Of a stretch of DNA of 41,292 nucleotides, positions 1 to 11,374 are shown in pieces (position 1 is the first letter of the stretch; every line of letters begins with the position of its first letter). The notes beneath the pieces are model-generated. The model did not search any database. It had not been told where the DNA came from and was given only the letters and a program-made list of their open reading frames with translations. Source of the stretch: Octopus bimaculoides (Eukaryota). The stretch lies in NCBI RefSeq assembly GCF_001194135.2, contig NC_068983.1:107712769-107754060 (forward strand). The letters are read 5' to 3'. The position numbers were made by a program, and so were the translations under genes.

Positions 1-1
1 G

Positions 2-400
2 GTCCTCACGGCGCAGAACATTGGCAAATCTTTCCTTATCTGCTTCCCCTCTGGCTAAATAAACCTGTCGCCTAGCCTCCCTTCTGGCACATTGGTACAA
101 TTCCCTGCTACCACCGTTCTTCCAGTCCTTCCAAGCTTGTTTCTTTTGTCTAATAGCCCTGTCTACCTCCTTGTTCCACCACCACGTTACTCTGGGTTGG
201 GAGGGGACCTTACACCACCCACAAATCTGGTCGGTGGCTTTCAACAGGTTGTCCCGCAGAAATCTCCAATTGTCTTCCACGTTGTATGATGCTATATCCC
301 CTTCTATTTCGTTAAATGCTTCAAGTAACTTGTCTCTAAGTCTCTGTCCGTTTGCAGGGTCTTTAAGCTTCCACACCCTTCTTCTCCAAGCCTGTCTAAA
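2..400 (-). mobile_element. RTE-clade LINE ORF2 fragment (region between endonuclease and RT), 5'-truncated at a (TA)n microsatellite and running off the left edge
   Basis: Manual translation of the minus strand gives 133 codons with no stop: FRQAWRRRVWKLKDP...NWRFLRDNLLKATDQICGWCKVPSQPRVTWWWNKEVDRAIRQKKQAWKDWK...ERFANVLRRED. TWWWN..V...I..KK.AWK is typical of RTE ORF2. The segment is homologous to about 12430-12810. Confidence 0.85.
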
Positions 401-2549
401 TAATATATATACATATATCTGTGTGTGTATATATGTGTGTATATATAATTATGTATATAGATGTATATGTATATATATATAAATAAATGTATATATAATT
501 ATATATATGTATGTATGTCAATATGTGTGTATGAATGTGTGTGTATGTGTATTTGGTAAATATACACATGAATATAATAAACGCATGAGTTGAATTTCAC
601 AAGCCTTTAGAAATTCCACTGATAAAGAATTTGGTCAGTCTATGATTACATTAGAAAGCACATTTCCATGATGATGGCATTGAACTTAGAATCCAGTGGA
701 CGTGAGGTCAGGTTTGTTAACCTTGCAACCGTGTATGGTCAAATTTTGGAAATTTACCAGCAAAAACTTAATAAACTGAAAGTATGTTCTTATAAATAAA
801 TGTGACAACAAATTTATAAAAACTAGCACAAAGAATTACATTAATCAGTTATATTTAGTTTCATCATAAATAAACATATTTTCATATGATTTCATCAGTA
901 GATTATACAAAATGAGTACAAACTAAAGAATGAGTAAGGGCTAATGTTAGAAAAGAATAATTTTCAAAAGTAGATACTTGTACTGTAGGTTATAATGTAC
1001 AATAAGTTTTGTTATGCATGAGATTTTGGCCACTTTGTAACAGGCAGAGGTTTTGTAAAGATTTATTCAAGAGTAAAAAAATTGTATATGAGAATACATG
1101 ATAGCAGTTCCTCCCTTATGGATACCTGTCAGAGGATTTATTTTGACTTATGTTCTATGTTTTGAAGCTTTTAATATTTTTCTCTTTATTTCTTCAGAAA
1201 AGAGGATAAATAAGATAACTGGTTGAAACTATTTTTCAACTTTATGCCTTGAATATAAAATGCTTGTCTTTGGAGGTGGAAATGTTTAGTTATGCAGTCT
1301 ATCATCTTGAATCTATTTTTCATTATAAGTTGTTGCCAGAAGGTTTTTTTATTCTTTGTTTTCATAAAAAAAAAGATGTACATCTTATATGCCTATGATA
1401 AAAACATATTTACACACATGCATGCAGACAAGCATACATACATATATATGTATGAATGTGTTGGAAGGAAGAAAATAGAAAAAAACTTCTTGAGAACAAT
1501 TTATAAACACATCGATCTAACTCCACTCATTCTCACAGACATAAACACAAATGCAAGCATGTGTACTTACTCCTGTACTTATACATAATCATATGCATAT
1601 GCACGAATAAATGATGATGTCAATCATGTTGCTAAAACTATTTTTCTTGTGAATAAGAAACATTCCAGATTAAATGATTAATGATTGAAAATCCTGATTA
1701 TTCAGGTGGTTTATGATGCTGTATATAATTCTCCCCAGCCTGAGCTCAATTTTCAAAACCTATTTCTTGTAGAAATTCACATCATGGCTAAAGAGATTTT
1801 AAATAATTGATATCTGCTTTTTCACTCCACATTGGTAATAATATATTGATGAATCTGTGAGATTTTACTTTTCTTTGTTTAGTATTTGTAAAGTTCAGGA
1901 GTTTATTCTTTATGATACTTCACTTGAATGGCATTATTGTAAACTTTAACCTTAACTGAAAGACAAGCAAACCATATAGCTTTTAAATTTCATACTGAAG
2001 AATAAGTCTAATATATTTTATTTATTTATACTTTACATTGTTTTATGCAAACAATATAGCCTCATTGGCTACAAATTTCCAAGGGACTTATTACTAATTT
2101 GATGCATTTACAATGGCAAGTGTAGCAAAGGGGGAAGAAATACAAGGTATTTTTATTTAAAAGCGTTGATGTATCAATTTTTTACCTCTGATATACAACA
2201 GCAAAAAATATCAATACATATATAGGTGCAGTTTTACAAATGGGTGAACTAAAACTCAACACAAGGCAGAAAGTATATACCTTTTTAATTATAGCTGTGA
2301 AGTTACATCAGCAACTCCAGGTCCAGAGGCTTGTTCTAAAGCATTTAGCAAACTTTAGATTATGAGGGTCAGCTGAAAAATTCCTAGGCTGACCAAGATA
2401 TTCTCATGGAATGAGACCAAATGAGGTTTATTTTACAACATACTCCCCCTTGCAATCCACATACGTCTTCCATCCATGTTGCAGTTCTTGGATTCCATTG
2501 ATGAAGAAGCTTTCATCCTGTGGTCAAAAAAGTCATCAACAATAGATAT

Positions 2550-2740
2550 ATTATGTACATTATTTACAATTGACGGATATTTGTCCTCATCATGTTTGTT
2601 GTTAATACAACATTTCGGCTGATATACCCTCCAGCCTTCATCAGGTGTCTTGGGGAAATTTTGAACCTGGGTTTTCATTCCTAAGGTATTTTTCGATGTT
2701 GTTGTTGTTGTTGTTGTTGTAGTTGTCATCATCATCATCA

Positions 2741-2784
<44 letters not shown>

Positions 2785-2865
2785 GAGGTCACTGCTTGGA
2801 ATCGAACTCAGAATGTAAATAATATAAATAATGTACATAATTCTCATCTCTTAAATATAGAACTG
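2550..2865 (-). mobile_element. tRNA-headed SINE-like element with hammerhead-like tail (copy 1), plus an inverted tail fragment
   Basis: 9-bp TSD AATAGATAT at 2541-2549 and 2866-2874; removing the insert restores the mariner frame (SDNDIISIVDD). B-box GAGTTCGATTCC on the minus strand at 2798-2809, internal (AAT)n/(GAT)n/(AAC)n, and body homologous to 24790-24982. Confidence 0.85.
2604..2649 (-). ncRNA. Minimal type-I hammerhead ribozyme motif (degenerate copy)
   Basis: Minus strand reads GACAC-CUGAUGA-A-GGCUG-GAGGGUAUAU-CAGCC-GAAA-UG-UU-GUAUU. Core CUGANGA and GAAA are intact and stem II is a perfect 5 bp. Stem I GACAC/GUAUU has one mismatch, and the stem III palindrome is altered (AUGU instead of ACGU). 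Confidence 0.65.
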
Positions 2866-5800
2866 AATAGATATGATGTCATTATCACTGCAATGCTGCT
2901 CTCCAGCCAAGTGTTTCTTCATGTTGGGAAACAGATGATAGTCAAATGGAGCCAAATCAGAGGAATGGGATGGTGATTAACCAGTTCAAAACCACAGTCA
3001 TGCATAGCAGTCATTGAAAGCAAGGATTTGTGTGCTGGAGCATTGTCCTGATAAAACAAGACCCCTTTTGTCAGTTTTTCTGGGTGTTTGGTCTTGATAG
3101 ACTTTCACAACTGCCTCAGCAAGTTGATTTAATACTCTCTGCTGATTGTGTGACCTTTTTGAAGATGTCGATAAACAATTCTTTCGTATCCCAAAGTACT
3201 AAAGCCATCAACTTCCTTGCAGATGAAACGATCCCAGCCTTCTTTGGAGCAGGTGATGCGGGGTGTTTCAACTGTGTAGATTGTTTCTTTGTCTCTGACC
3301 CAAAGTAATGAAGCCAGCACTCATCCTGACTTAGGAAACATTTAAGGAACCAGCTGGATCTGCCTCAAACAGTGTCAAATTTTTCTATGGTATGATCAAC
3401 CTGGTGTGCTTTTGATCAGCTGTCAAAAGATGTGGCATCCACTGAGCATAAACCTTTGCCATGCCAAGTTCATTGTGAAGAATATCCTCAACTCTCTCAA
3501 GGGGTATGCTAACTGCATTGGCTATTTGATTTATAGTCAATCACCGGTCATCCATCAGCATGTGGTAAACATGATCAATGTTTTCCATGGTGGTGACAGT
3601 TGCAGAATGTCCAGACATTGGGTCATCTTGAAGACTCTGCCTTCCTCTCCTAAATTTTGCACTGCTGATAAGGCTGAGGTGTGATTGATTCCCCAAAGTA
3701 GCGACTATGTCTGTATGAATGACCTTGTGTGCTAAGCCCTTTTTTCTGTAGGTACTTGTTAACACCTCGGTGCCAAATTTTGTCCATTTTCAAGAGATGT
3801 CACTACTAATTACTTCTGAAATGTTATTTTGACAGTCAGATGCAAGTTTGCCTGGAAAGAAACAATGCAGTTATTAATAGGAAGATTTGAAATTAATGCA
3901 TGCAAGATTTCGCAGCTCTAGCATCACTCCTTCAGCTTTGTGGAACCTTTCAGCCTACCCTTGTAATAGTATTGAAGGAAAAAGCTTTTGTTTTTAGTTT
4001 GCTTTATGTTATTTTGCTTACCTCTCTATAGGAGAAAGGTAAGCAATACAATGCATCATTCAGTCACATGGATATTCTACCTTCATTATTGACATAGTGT
4101 CATTAAATTTAAGACTTATAGCACTTGATCATAGGGACACCCAACTAAGAATTGGCCAGTGTGAACAAGAAGGCCGACAATCTATGCAAATACTCCTAAG
4201 CCAGTGATGTTATACTGAACTTTCATCCAGTAGTGGATCAAATGCAGCTGAATAAAGTGAAATAACATGCAATTGTATCTGGCTGGTGGCAAAGTGTTTA
4301 TTGATTAGTTGTAACATTGAGTAGAAAACTGTTTTGTAAACATTTAATTACTGGTTCAGCAAAATTAAGAACATTTAAGTGTGAAGCTGGAAATAAACAT
4401 GCTGCGTATCCATGAGGAAGTATATCAAACAAATGGGTGTTTGTATGGATGTGTGTTTACATTAGATTTTACAAACAAAAAGTCCATAGATGATATAACA
4501 TATAGTTGGTAATTTACATAATCTTTGGACTGCTAGGTAATATAAAGGTATATCGTGTCATATATATAGTAGCTTATAAGATTTCATTGCTTTTGCACAT
4601 AGGAAAGTTGCTTGTCTACATTGTCTTCTTTTATTTACGTATTAATTTTTATTGTTAGTTTTGGAAGAGTGTTTGATAAGAGTCTGTGGCTATACTTATT
4701 AAGTTTGCTTGATGCTTCAAGAGTTATTGTAGTCAGCTTAAATGTGTGAATGTCTTAGTGTGGAGATTCCCCGAAGTATATTTCCAATTCTTTAGATTAC
4801 TTTGTGCATATTTTATTAAATCAGTTGCAGAAGGTGGAAGTTCTTGGGTATAACTGAGATCATGTATTATTTAGGATTGATAGGATTATAGAAATTAATA
4901 TTAGTAAGTAGTAATCCTGCTCATAAAAGTGTTAGCCAAACAACTGTGGCATTGCTTTTGTTAGTTGATATAATTACTACCTCCTTCCAATTATAAAGTT
5001 ATCTAATTATGGTTGCTTCATTCTTGGAAATGTAAGAATAATTGACTTTTTTAGTATAATTACTTTTGTTTAGATAATGCATAGTTTTATTGAAGATATC
5101 CACTATATTATCTCTCACTAGAATTCTAATTTACATGGATAAATAATTTTGAAATCATTCTTGCAGGTAAGAATGGATTAAAACTTACAAAATCAATGCT
5201 CAATGTGACTTCTAAATTTGGATCTATTTGTTTCACAAGAAAGTGAAGATTTAACAGCCTGGATTAGTCTCCCATTACAAGAAACTGTGAAATTATTTAG
5301 AGACACAGGAAATTTAAAGGAAATGTATGATAGTTAGTTTGGTCAGTATAACATTCCACTGAGTTGCTCAAAACTACGATGTGTATAGATACAACAGGAA
5401 CACTGACAACATTTAGTTAATGAGAGCCTTCCATTATAGTAATTTAATCAGTTAAAAATACCACACTATTTTAAAATAAATTGACTTAATTGACAATATA
5501 GTATGAAATGTGTTGTGCTTGAAAAATGAAAGGGAAAAAGGATGGTATGCGTTAAAGCTATCTATGATCATAGGTCAGTTTGATTGGGACCCATTTATGG
5601 ATCAACAATAATAGGTTAACAGTATTTTCTGCCACAACCTTTTTCTCATTAGTTCTAGTTTTAGAAAGAACGGTACTCTGTGTTTTTACAGCTATATCCA
5701 AGACTATTTCTAAAATTTATGGAGTCATGTAAACTTAAGAGATAACTGATTAAAAATAATCCAATAAATGCACATATGATGTAGACAAGGTTGTGTAATT

Positions 5801-5920
5801 AAGATGTTCACTTCACAAATATATGGTTCTAAGTTTGATTCCCAAGTTTCTTCTCTCACAGCCTGAGTTGGACCAATACCTTGAGAGTGGAAATAGGTAA
5901 CTGGAAACTGTGGACTTCAG

Positions 5921-5965
<45 letters not shown>

Positions 5966-6187
5966 CATATATATATAATTACATGTGGACTGTTGACAAT
6001 TCTTTTCCTGTGCTTTCCTTTTCTCTTGGACTTTCTCCTGCCTCCTGTTTCTGAAGAAGAGCTTTGCTCGAAATGTAAAACACTCTTTCTTTCCTTCCTT
6101 GAACGTCTTATTAATACTTTGCATGTACCACGTCCTCGCATTGTTGTTTTTCCTTCACTTTTTGGATTAATTTTATATATTTATATA

Positions 6188-6654
6188 NNNNNNNNNNNNN
6201 NNNNNNNNNNNNNNNNNNNNNNNNNNNNNNNNNNNNNNNNNNNNNNNNNNNNNNNNNNNNNNNNNNNNNNNNNNNNNNNNNNNNNNNNNNNNNNNNNNNN
6301 NNNNNNNNNNNNNNNNNNNNNNNNNNNNNNNNNNNNNNNNNNNNNNNNNNNNNNNNNNNNNNNNNNNNNNNNNNNNNNNNNNNNNNNNNNNNNNNNNNNN
6401 NNNNNNNNNNNNNNNNNNNNNNNNNNNNNNNNNNNNNNNNNNNNNNNNNNNNNNNNNNNNNNNNNNNNNNNNNNNNNNNNNNNNNNNNNNNNNNNNNNNN
6501 NNNNNNNNNNNNNNNNNNNNNNNNNNNNNNNNNNNNNNNNNNNNNNNNNNNNNNNNNNNNNNNNNNNNNNNNNNNNNNNNNNNNNNNNNNNNNNNNNNNN
6601 NNNNNNNNNNNNNNNNNNNNNNNNNNNNNNNNNNNNNNNNNNNNNNNNNNNNNN
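6188..6654. other. Assembly gap (N run) flanked by (TA)n
   Basis: Run of N. Confidence 0.99.
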
Positions 6655-7119
6655 TATATTTTATATTTGATACCTCTAAGTTAGATGGTTAAACCGTAAT
6701 CCCTTCACACGGGACTTTTTTTCGTGACGCACATGGAATGGATTTCTTTGAGGTGAGGTGCCTGAACTCACTAGCCGATGAATTCGTAAGTGCCTTTTCT
6801 TTTTGTTGGTTTTTGGTGTCGCATGGCCAGAAATTACCGTGAATTTTTTAGAGACACTTTCAAATTTATCAGAATATTGGGCTGAAGATGCGGAATAGAG
6901 TAATTTCATTCTCTTAACCGCGAAACGTTCGTATCCAATTAACTAAAGGCAGGTTTGTTTTTTGCTTTTCCCTCTGGTTTTTTGTTCTATGTGTGCCATA
7001 AATATCGCCATCCGTTTAGAGAAAAATTTGTAGTTTAGAATAAGTAGTTCTTTGACTGCTATTTCTAAATTTTCAGTATGTTGGAGAAGCAACTCAATGC
7101 TAATCCCTGTATATTTATG

Positions 7120-7152
<33 letters not shown>

Positions 7153-7435
7153 TCATATCATCAATATAATTTTAAAATATACATCTCTATTATGGATTTC
7201 TGAAAATGCATGCACAATGACATACCAGCCCCAGCTATGGTAAAGTGTTAATGACTGGACTGCAGTTTATGTGCATGCATAAACACAAGTAGCCTTCTCA
7301 TTTGAATTTCTACTTGGCAAATATTGCATGTTCGAATATGTTTACAACTTCTGTTAAAGCTTATGTTTCATTGTCTTTTTTCAGTTAATATTGTTCATTC
7401 ACTAATCATTGTGTTTTAATATTGAATGCAACTAA

Positions 7436-7620
7436 GGCACCAAGCTGACAGAATCGTTAGCACACCGGGCAAAATGCTGAGTAGTATTTCGTCTGTCCTT
7501 ACATTCTGTGCTCAAATTCTGCCCAGGTTGACCTTGCCTTTCATCATTTTGGGATCGATAAAATAAGAACCAGTTGAACACTAGGATTGATGCAATCAGC
7601 TTACCCCCTCCCCTAAAACA
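7436..7620 (+). mobile_element. tRNA-derived SINE (family C); related copies on the minus strand at about 28595-28745 and 31315-31485
   Basis: Shared motif ...CAAATTCTGC(C)..GGTTGACCTTGCCTTTCATC... is present in all three locations. Confidence 0.65.
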
Positions 7621-8039
7621 ATTGATATCCTTGCAAATTTGAAGCCAATATTAAATGCAAATTCTGTTAACAGCTGCCTTGCAATATTTCATCTTAAATT
7701 TTGCATTTTCGATTGTTGCATACTTTGCTGGCGTTCTATTAAAGATTAATATTTCATTGCTTGGCATATCTACACAAGAGTGGCCCCTGAATTTGTTTCC
7801 TCATAACTTCCAGAAAAATGGATATTCTTTAATGAAATGTTTGTCAAAAATGCTCCAGATTGTGTAGATTCCAATTATATTGGAATTTGTAAATTTTTCT
7901 GTGGGTGGAATGGAAAAATGCTCACCATTTTTCTTTTCAATTAAATTCTGACATAATTGTTATTTACATACTCTGAAAGGTATTCACAATAAATTTCATT
8001 TAAAAATACCCATTTTTCTGAAAGTTATAGAATTACATA

Positions 8040-9120
8040 TGAGGGAGTACCCAAAAGTAACTGGAAACATTCCTCCACTAGAAGCCACTTTATGCAACCC
8101 TCAGGCATCAGTCTGCTGACCGGTGTCATCCAGTGAGGTCGAACAGCCACGTGGTGTGTCTTTGTTTTGCAGTACTTCCTAGATGCTTTATGAAAGGTCA
8201 TTTGTTGCTTGAAAACCAACCTTGTTTAGGGCGACTGTCAACCTTCTGAACAAATGAAAACATTCCAAAAATTCCTGAACTGATCTTGGAGGACCATCGC
8301 CGAACAATTTACAAACTTACTGATATAATCGGTGTGTTCTGGAGCTCCTACCAATGAATTTTGAGTGAGGAATTGCGAATGAAAAGAGTTGCAGCAAAAT
8401 TTGTGCTTCACTTGCTCACAGAAAAACAGTCACGACTGAATGCATGTCAGGAACTAAAAGAACAGTTGGAAGTTGATCCAGACCTTTTTTGAAGGTCATC
8501 ACTGGTGATGAAAGCTGGTGCTATGGCTACAACCGGGATACGAAACAGCAATCATGTCAATGGAAACATTCAATGTCACCATGCCTCTCAAAAGTGCATC
8601 AAGTGAAGTCCAATGTCAAGATGATACTGGTTTGTTTCATTGATGCAGAAGGAAATGTTCACACAGAATTTGTTTCTCCTTGTAACTATTAACCAGACAT
8701 TTTGTTTGGTAGTTCTGAAGTGTTTTGCGAGACGTGGTGAGCTGAAAACACCACAACCTGTGGTAAAGTAGAGAGTCGTGGTTTCCTCATGACAATGCAC
8801 CTGCAGACATCGCCTTCAGTGTGAGACAGTTTTTGACCAAAAATGGCATGATCCTGCTTACCCCCCCCCACCCCCGAATAAAAAATCCTTAAAGGAAAAC
8901 GCTTTACAGGTATGGAAGAGGTGGAGAAAAAAATCAATGGAAACATTAGAAGGTATCACTTCGTAAGAGTTCCAGGAATGCTTTGAGCAGTGGAAAACAT
9001 GTCTGGACTGATGCATTGCTTGAAATGGAAACTACTTTGAAGGCGATAAAAGTGTAAACATAAAGCTAAGTGAATAAAATAATATTGCAAAATCCTGGTT
9101 TTATTTTGAGTATCCCCTCT
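8040..9120 (+). mobile_element. Decayed mariner (DD34D-type) transposon with internal deletions
   Basis: TA at 8038-8039 and 9121-9122. Imperfect TIRs TGAGGGAGTACCCAAAAGTAAC and GGTTTTATTTTGAGTATCCCCTCT. Translation shows KVITGDESWCYGY..TKQQS.QWK, KSNVKMILVCFIDAEG.VH.EFV and HDNAPA across frameshifts. Confidence 0.9.
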
Positions 9121-9395
9121 TATACATCCTTTAAGTTCGTTTACAGGAACATTTTTGAATATGCATATAAAAGCTTCCATTTTATTATGCTAGCAACAAA
9201 ATAATGATACTAACTGGCAATAGCAATTTTGGGGGGAGCTGTACCTAGTTGTGCTGAGATTATATAGAGTTAATATAATAATAATAATCTAGGGAAGGAA
9301 TTTATAAATATTCTATGAATAAATGGTTAGTGGAAACACATGTAGCAATGCATTAAAATATTTATAAATTTCATCCATAGATTATTATTATTATT

Positions 9396-9430
<35 letters not shown>

Positions 9431-9435
9431 CATAC

Positions 9436-9493
<58 letters not shown>

Positions 9494-9495
<2 letters not shown>

Positions 9496-9658
9496 TGGTT
9501 CTTTCAGTTTCCATCCACCAAATCCATCAAATCCATTTACAAGGTTTTGGTTGGCTCAAGGCTATAGTAGGAGAAACTTTTTGAAAGTGCCATGCAGTGG
9601 GACTGAACCTGGAACCACGTGGTTTGGAAGCAAACTTCTTACCACACAGCTATCCTGC
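9494..9658 (-). mobile_element. tRNA-derived SINE (family A); other copies at about 590-735 (-), 10083-10220 (+), 19050-19215 (+) and 37747-38120 (+, longest)
   Basis: Shared head GTGTGGTAAGAAGTTTGCTTCC..CCAC..GGTT..GGTTCA.TCCCA and body GGCAAGTGTCTTCTACTATAGCC...GTGAGTGGATTTGGT...GAAACT across copies. Confidence 0.75.
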
Positions 9659-10220
9659 AAATATGTATATATTTGTATATGCATCTATGTGTATGCATGT
9701 GTGAATATTCACACATACCTACACATGTATATATATATATATATTCATACATGCAGTGATACACATGCACACATACATGCAGTGTGAAATAGTATGTATA
9801 TGGATAAATCATGAATAAATTCACTTATGTACATTTGATAAACAAGCATTCAGCTCCACAATGTAAATAAAATCTGTGGTTAAACCACTGTACTCACTCT
9901 GCATAATGAACAGAAATAGATTCTCTTCATAAAAATGTATACAGTCAAAACTAACCATGCTGTTTTTAGGTTTCTGCTGCAGAGAGAGCTCTGTATTTTA
10001 ACCACAAGGTTTATTTACACAGTGGGAGAAAATGTATATTTATTAAATGTACATATGTAGAGTGTGAAGTTCAGAAGCTTGCTTTGCAGCCTTGTGGTTT
10101 CAGGTTCAATCCCACTGTGCAGCACCTTAGGCTAAGTGTTTTTACTATAGCCCTGGGCTAACCAATGCCTAAGGAATGAATTTGGTTGAGAGAAACTGCA
10201 TGGCAGCTCACTATATATAT

Positions 10221-10230
10221 NNNNNNNNNN
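10221..10230. other. Short assembly gap (10 N)
   Basis: Run of N. Confidence 0.99.
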
Positions 10231-10590
10231 AGGAGTTTAGAAATAAATTTTCGAGCCTATATGCTGAGAAATAGATGCTAAATCATCTCACCACTCAAAG
10301 AAGTCATAAACACATGTGTTGAATTCGACGCAACAAGCCAATGGAAATTTTTATAAGATAGATAGTTCTGTATTAGCTAATTTCTGGGTTTGCCCAAATA
10401 CTCTCTCGTCTTCAGCAGAAACATACTATAGAAATAAATGAAATATTTATATATACTTCCTGTGAGTATATATATATATATATATATATCCTTTATTTCT
10501 AAAATATGTTTCTGCTGAAGATGGGAGAGCCTTTGGGCAGACCCAGAAATTAGCTATAGGCTACAAAATTTATTTCTAAGTCCTTATTAT
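10231..10590. repeat. Foldback element: two inverted arms around a (TA)n centre, the left arm interrupted by about 110 bp
   Basis: 10374-10438 is the imperfect reverse complement of 10492-10556. 10231-10261 (AGGAGTTTAGAAATAAATTTTCGAGCCTATA) is the reverse complement of 10555-10585 (TATAGGCTACAAAATTTATTTCTAAGTCCTT). Confidence 0.8.
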
Positions 10591-10928
10591 AATTATTCAT
10601 ATAATTTTAACTTTAATCTGTTTCATTTTATATGCTGGCCACTGCTGAAATTTAAAAAAGAAGTTTTATCCTCTATCATATATGTATGTACATACAATCA
10701 AATATATACATACATAAATATTCCATTTCACATTGCTCTGCAATCATTTTGACATCTGACATGTAGCACCCATTGCACTTGTGCAGGTAATGTCGATCTG
10801 ATGGAGAGAGTGAGCATATGTCTACACAAATATTTAATCACTATAATCAAATCAACTGTGTGATTGTTCTGTAAGAAATTGTTGAACCCTCATACGTCAT
10901 CTGATGTCAGGAGAGTCCATCATATGTG

Positions 10929-10980
<52 letters not shown>

Positions 10981-11285
10981 AATAACAGATGGATAGTGCA
11001 TCAGTTCTCTAAAGCTATTTCCAACGAATTTATAACTGAATTATGGATACATTACAACATTAGAAAAAACTGTTTTCATCAGGTGAATACATGAACCACA
11101 ACATTCAAAAACTTGATATACTTAGTTGAGTACAGTTAATCGTATACATAACCTGAATAGCTTTCTTCCTGTACTTTGGTACCCGCTTATGTATTTCTCT
11201 ATTTTTGTTGTGTACACATCTCCTTTTTGACCCAACCTAGTGCCTTACCATTTAAGTGTCTGATTTACTAGAATCCTGATCTGTT

Positions 11286-11374
<89 letters not shown>

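Larger units (their letters stand above)
2363..3963 (-). mobile_element. Decayed mariner (DD34D-type) transposon, interrupted by a SINE-like insertion at 2550-2865
   Basis: Imperfect TIRs TGAGGGTCAGCTGAAAAATTCC (from 2363) and GGAACCTTTCAGCCTACCCTTG (to 3963), flanked by TA at 2361-2362 and 3964-3965. The minus strand from ATG 3787 gives MDKIWHRGV..KKGLAHKVIH, KFRRGRQSLQDDP.SG, DECW, QDNAPAH and C-terminal SDNDIISIVDDFF, with frameshifts and stops. Confidence 0.9.

Noticed and set aside
2433-2847. ORFs with poly-I, poly-M, poly-T, poly-N and poly-D tracts
   Set aside because: They are translations of the (ATT)/(CAT)/(GTT) microsatellite inside the SINE-like insert and of out-of-frame mariner sequence.
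5953-6187. Basic, K/R-rich minus-strand ORF; another frame contains FRNRRQ, superficially homeodomain-like
   Set aside because: No helix-1/2 residues and no WF core, a stop lies shortly upstream in that frame, and there is no splice support. Purine-rich composition explains it.
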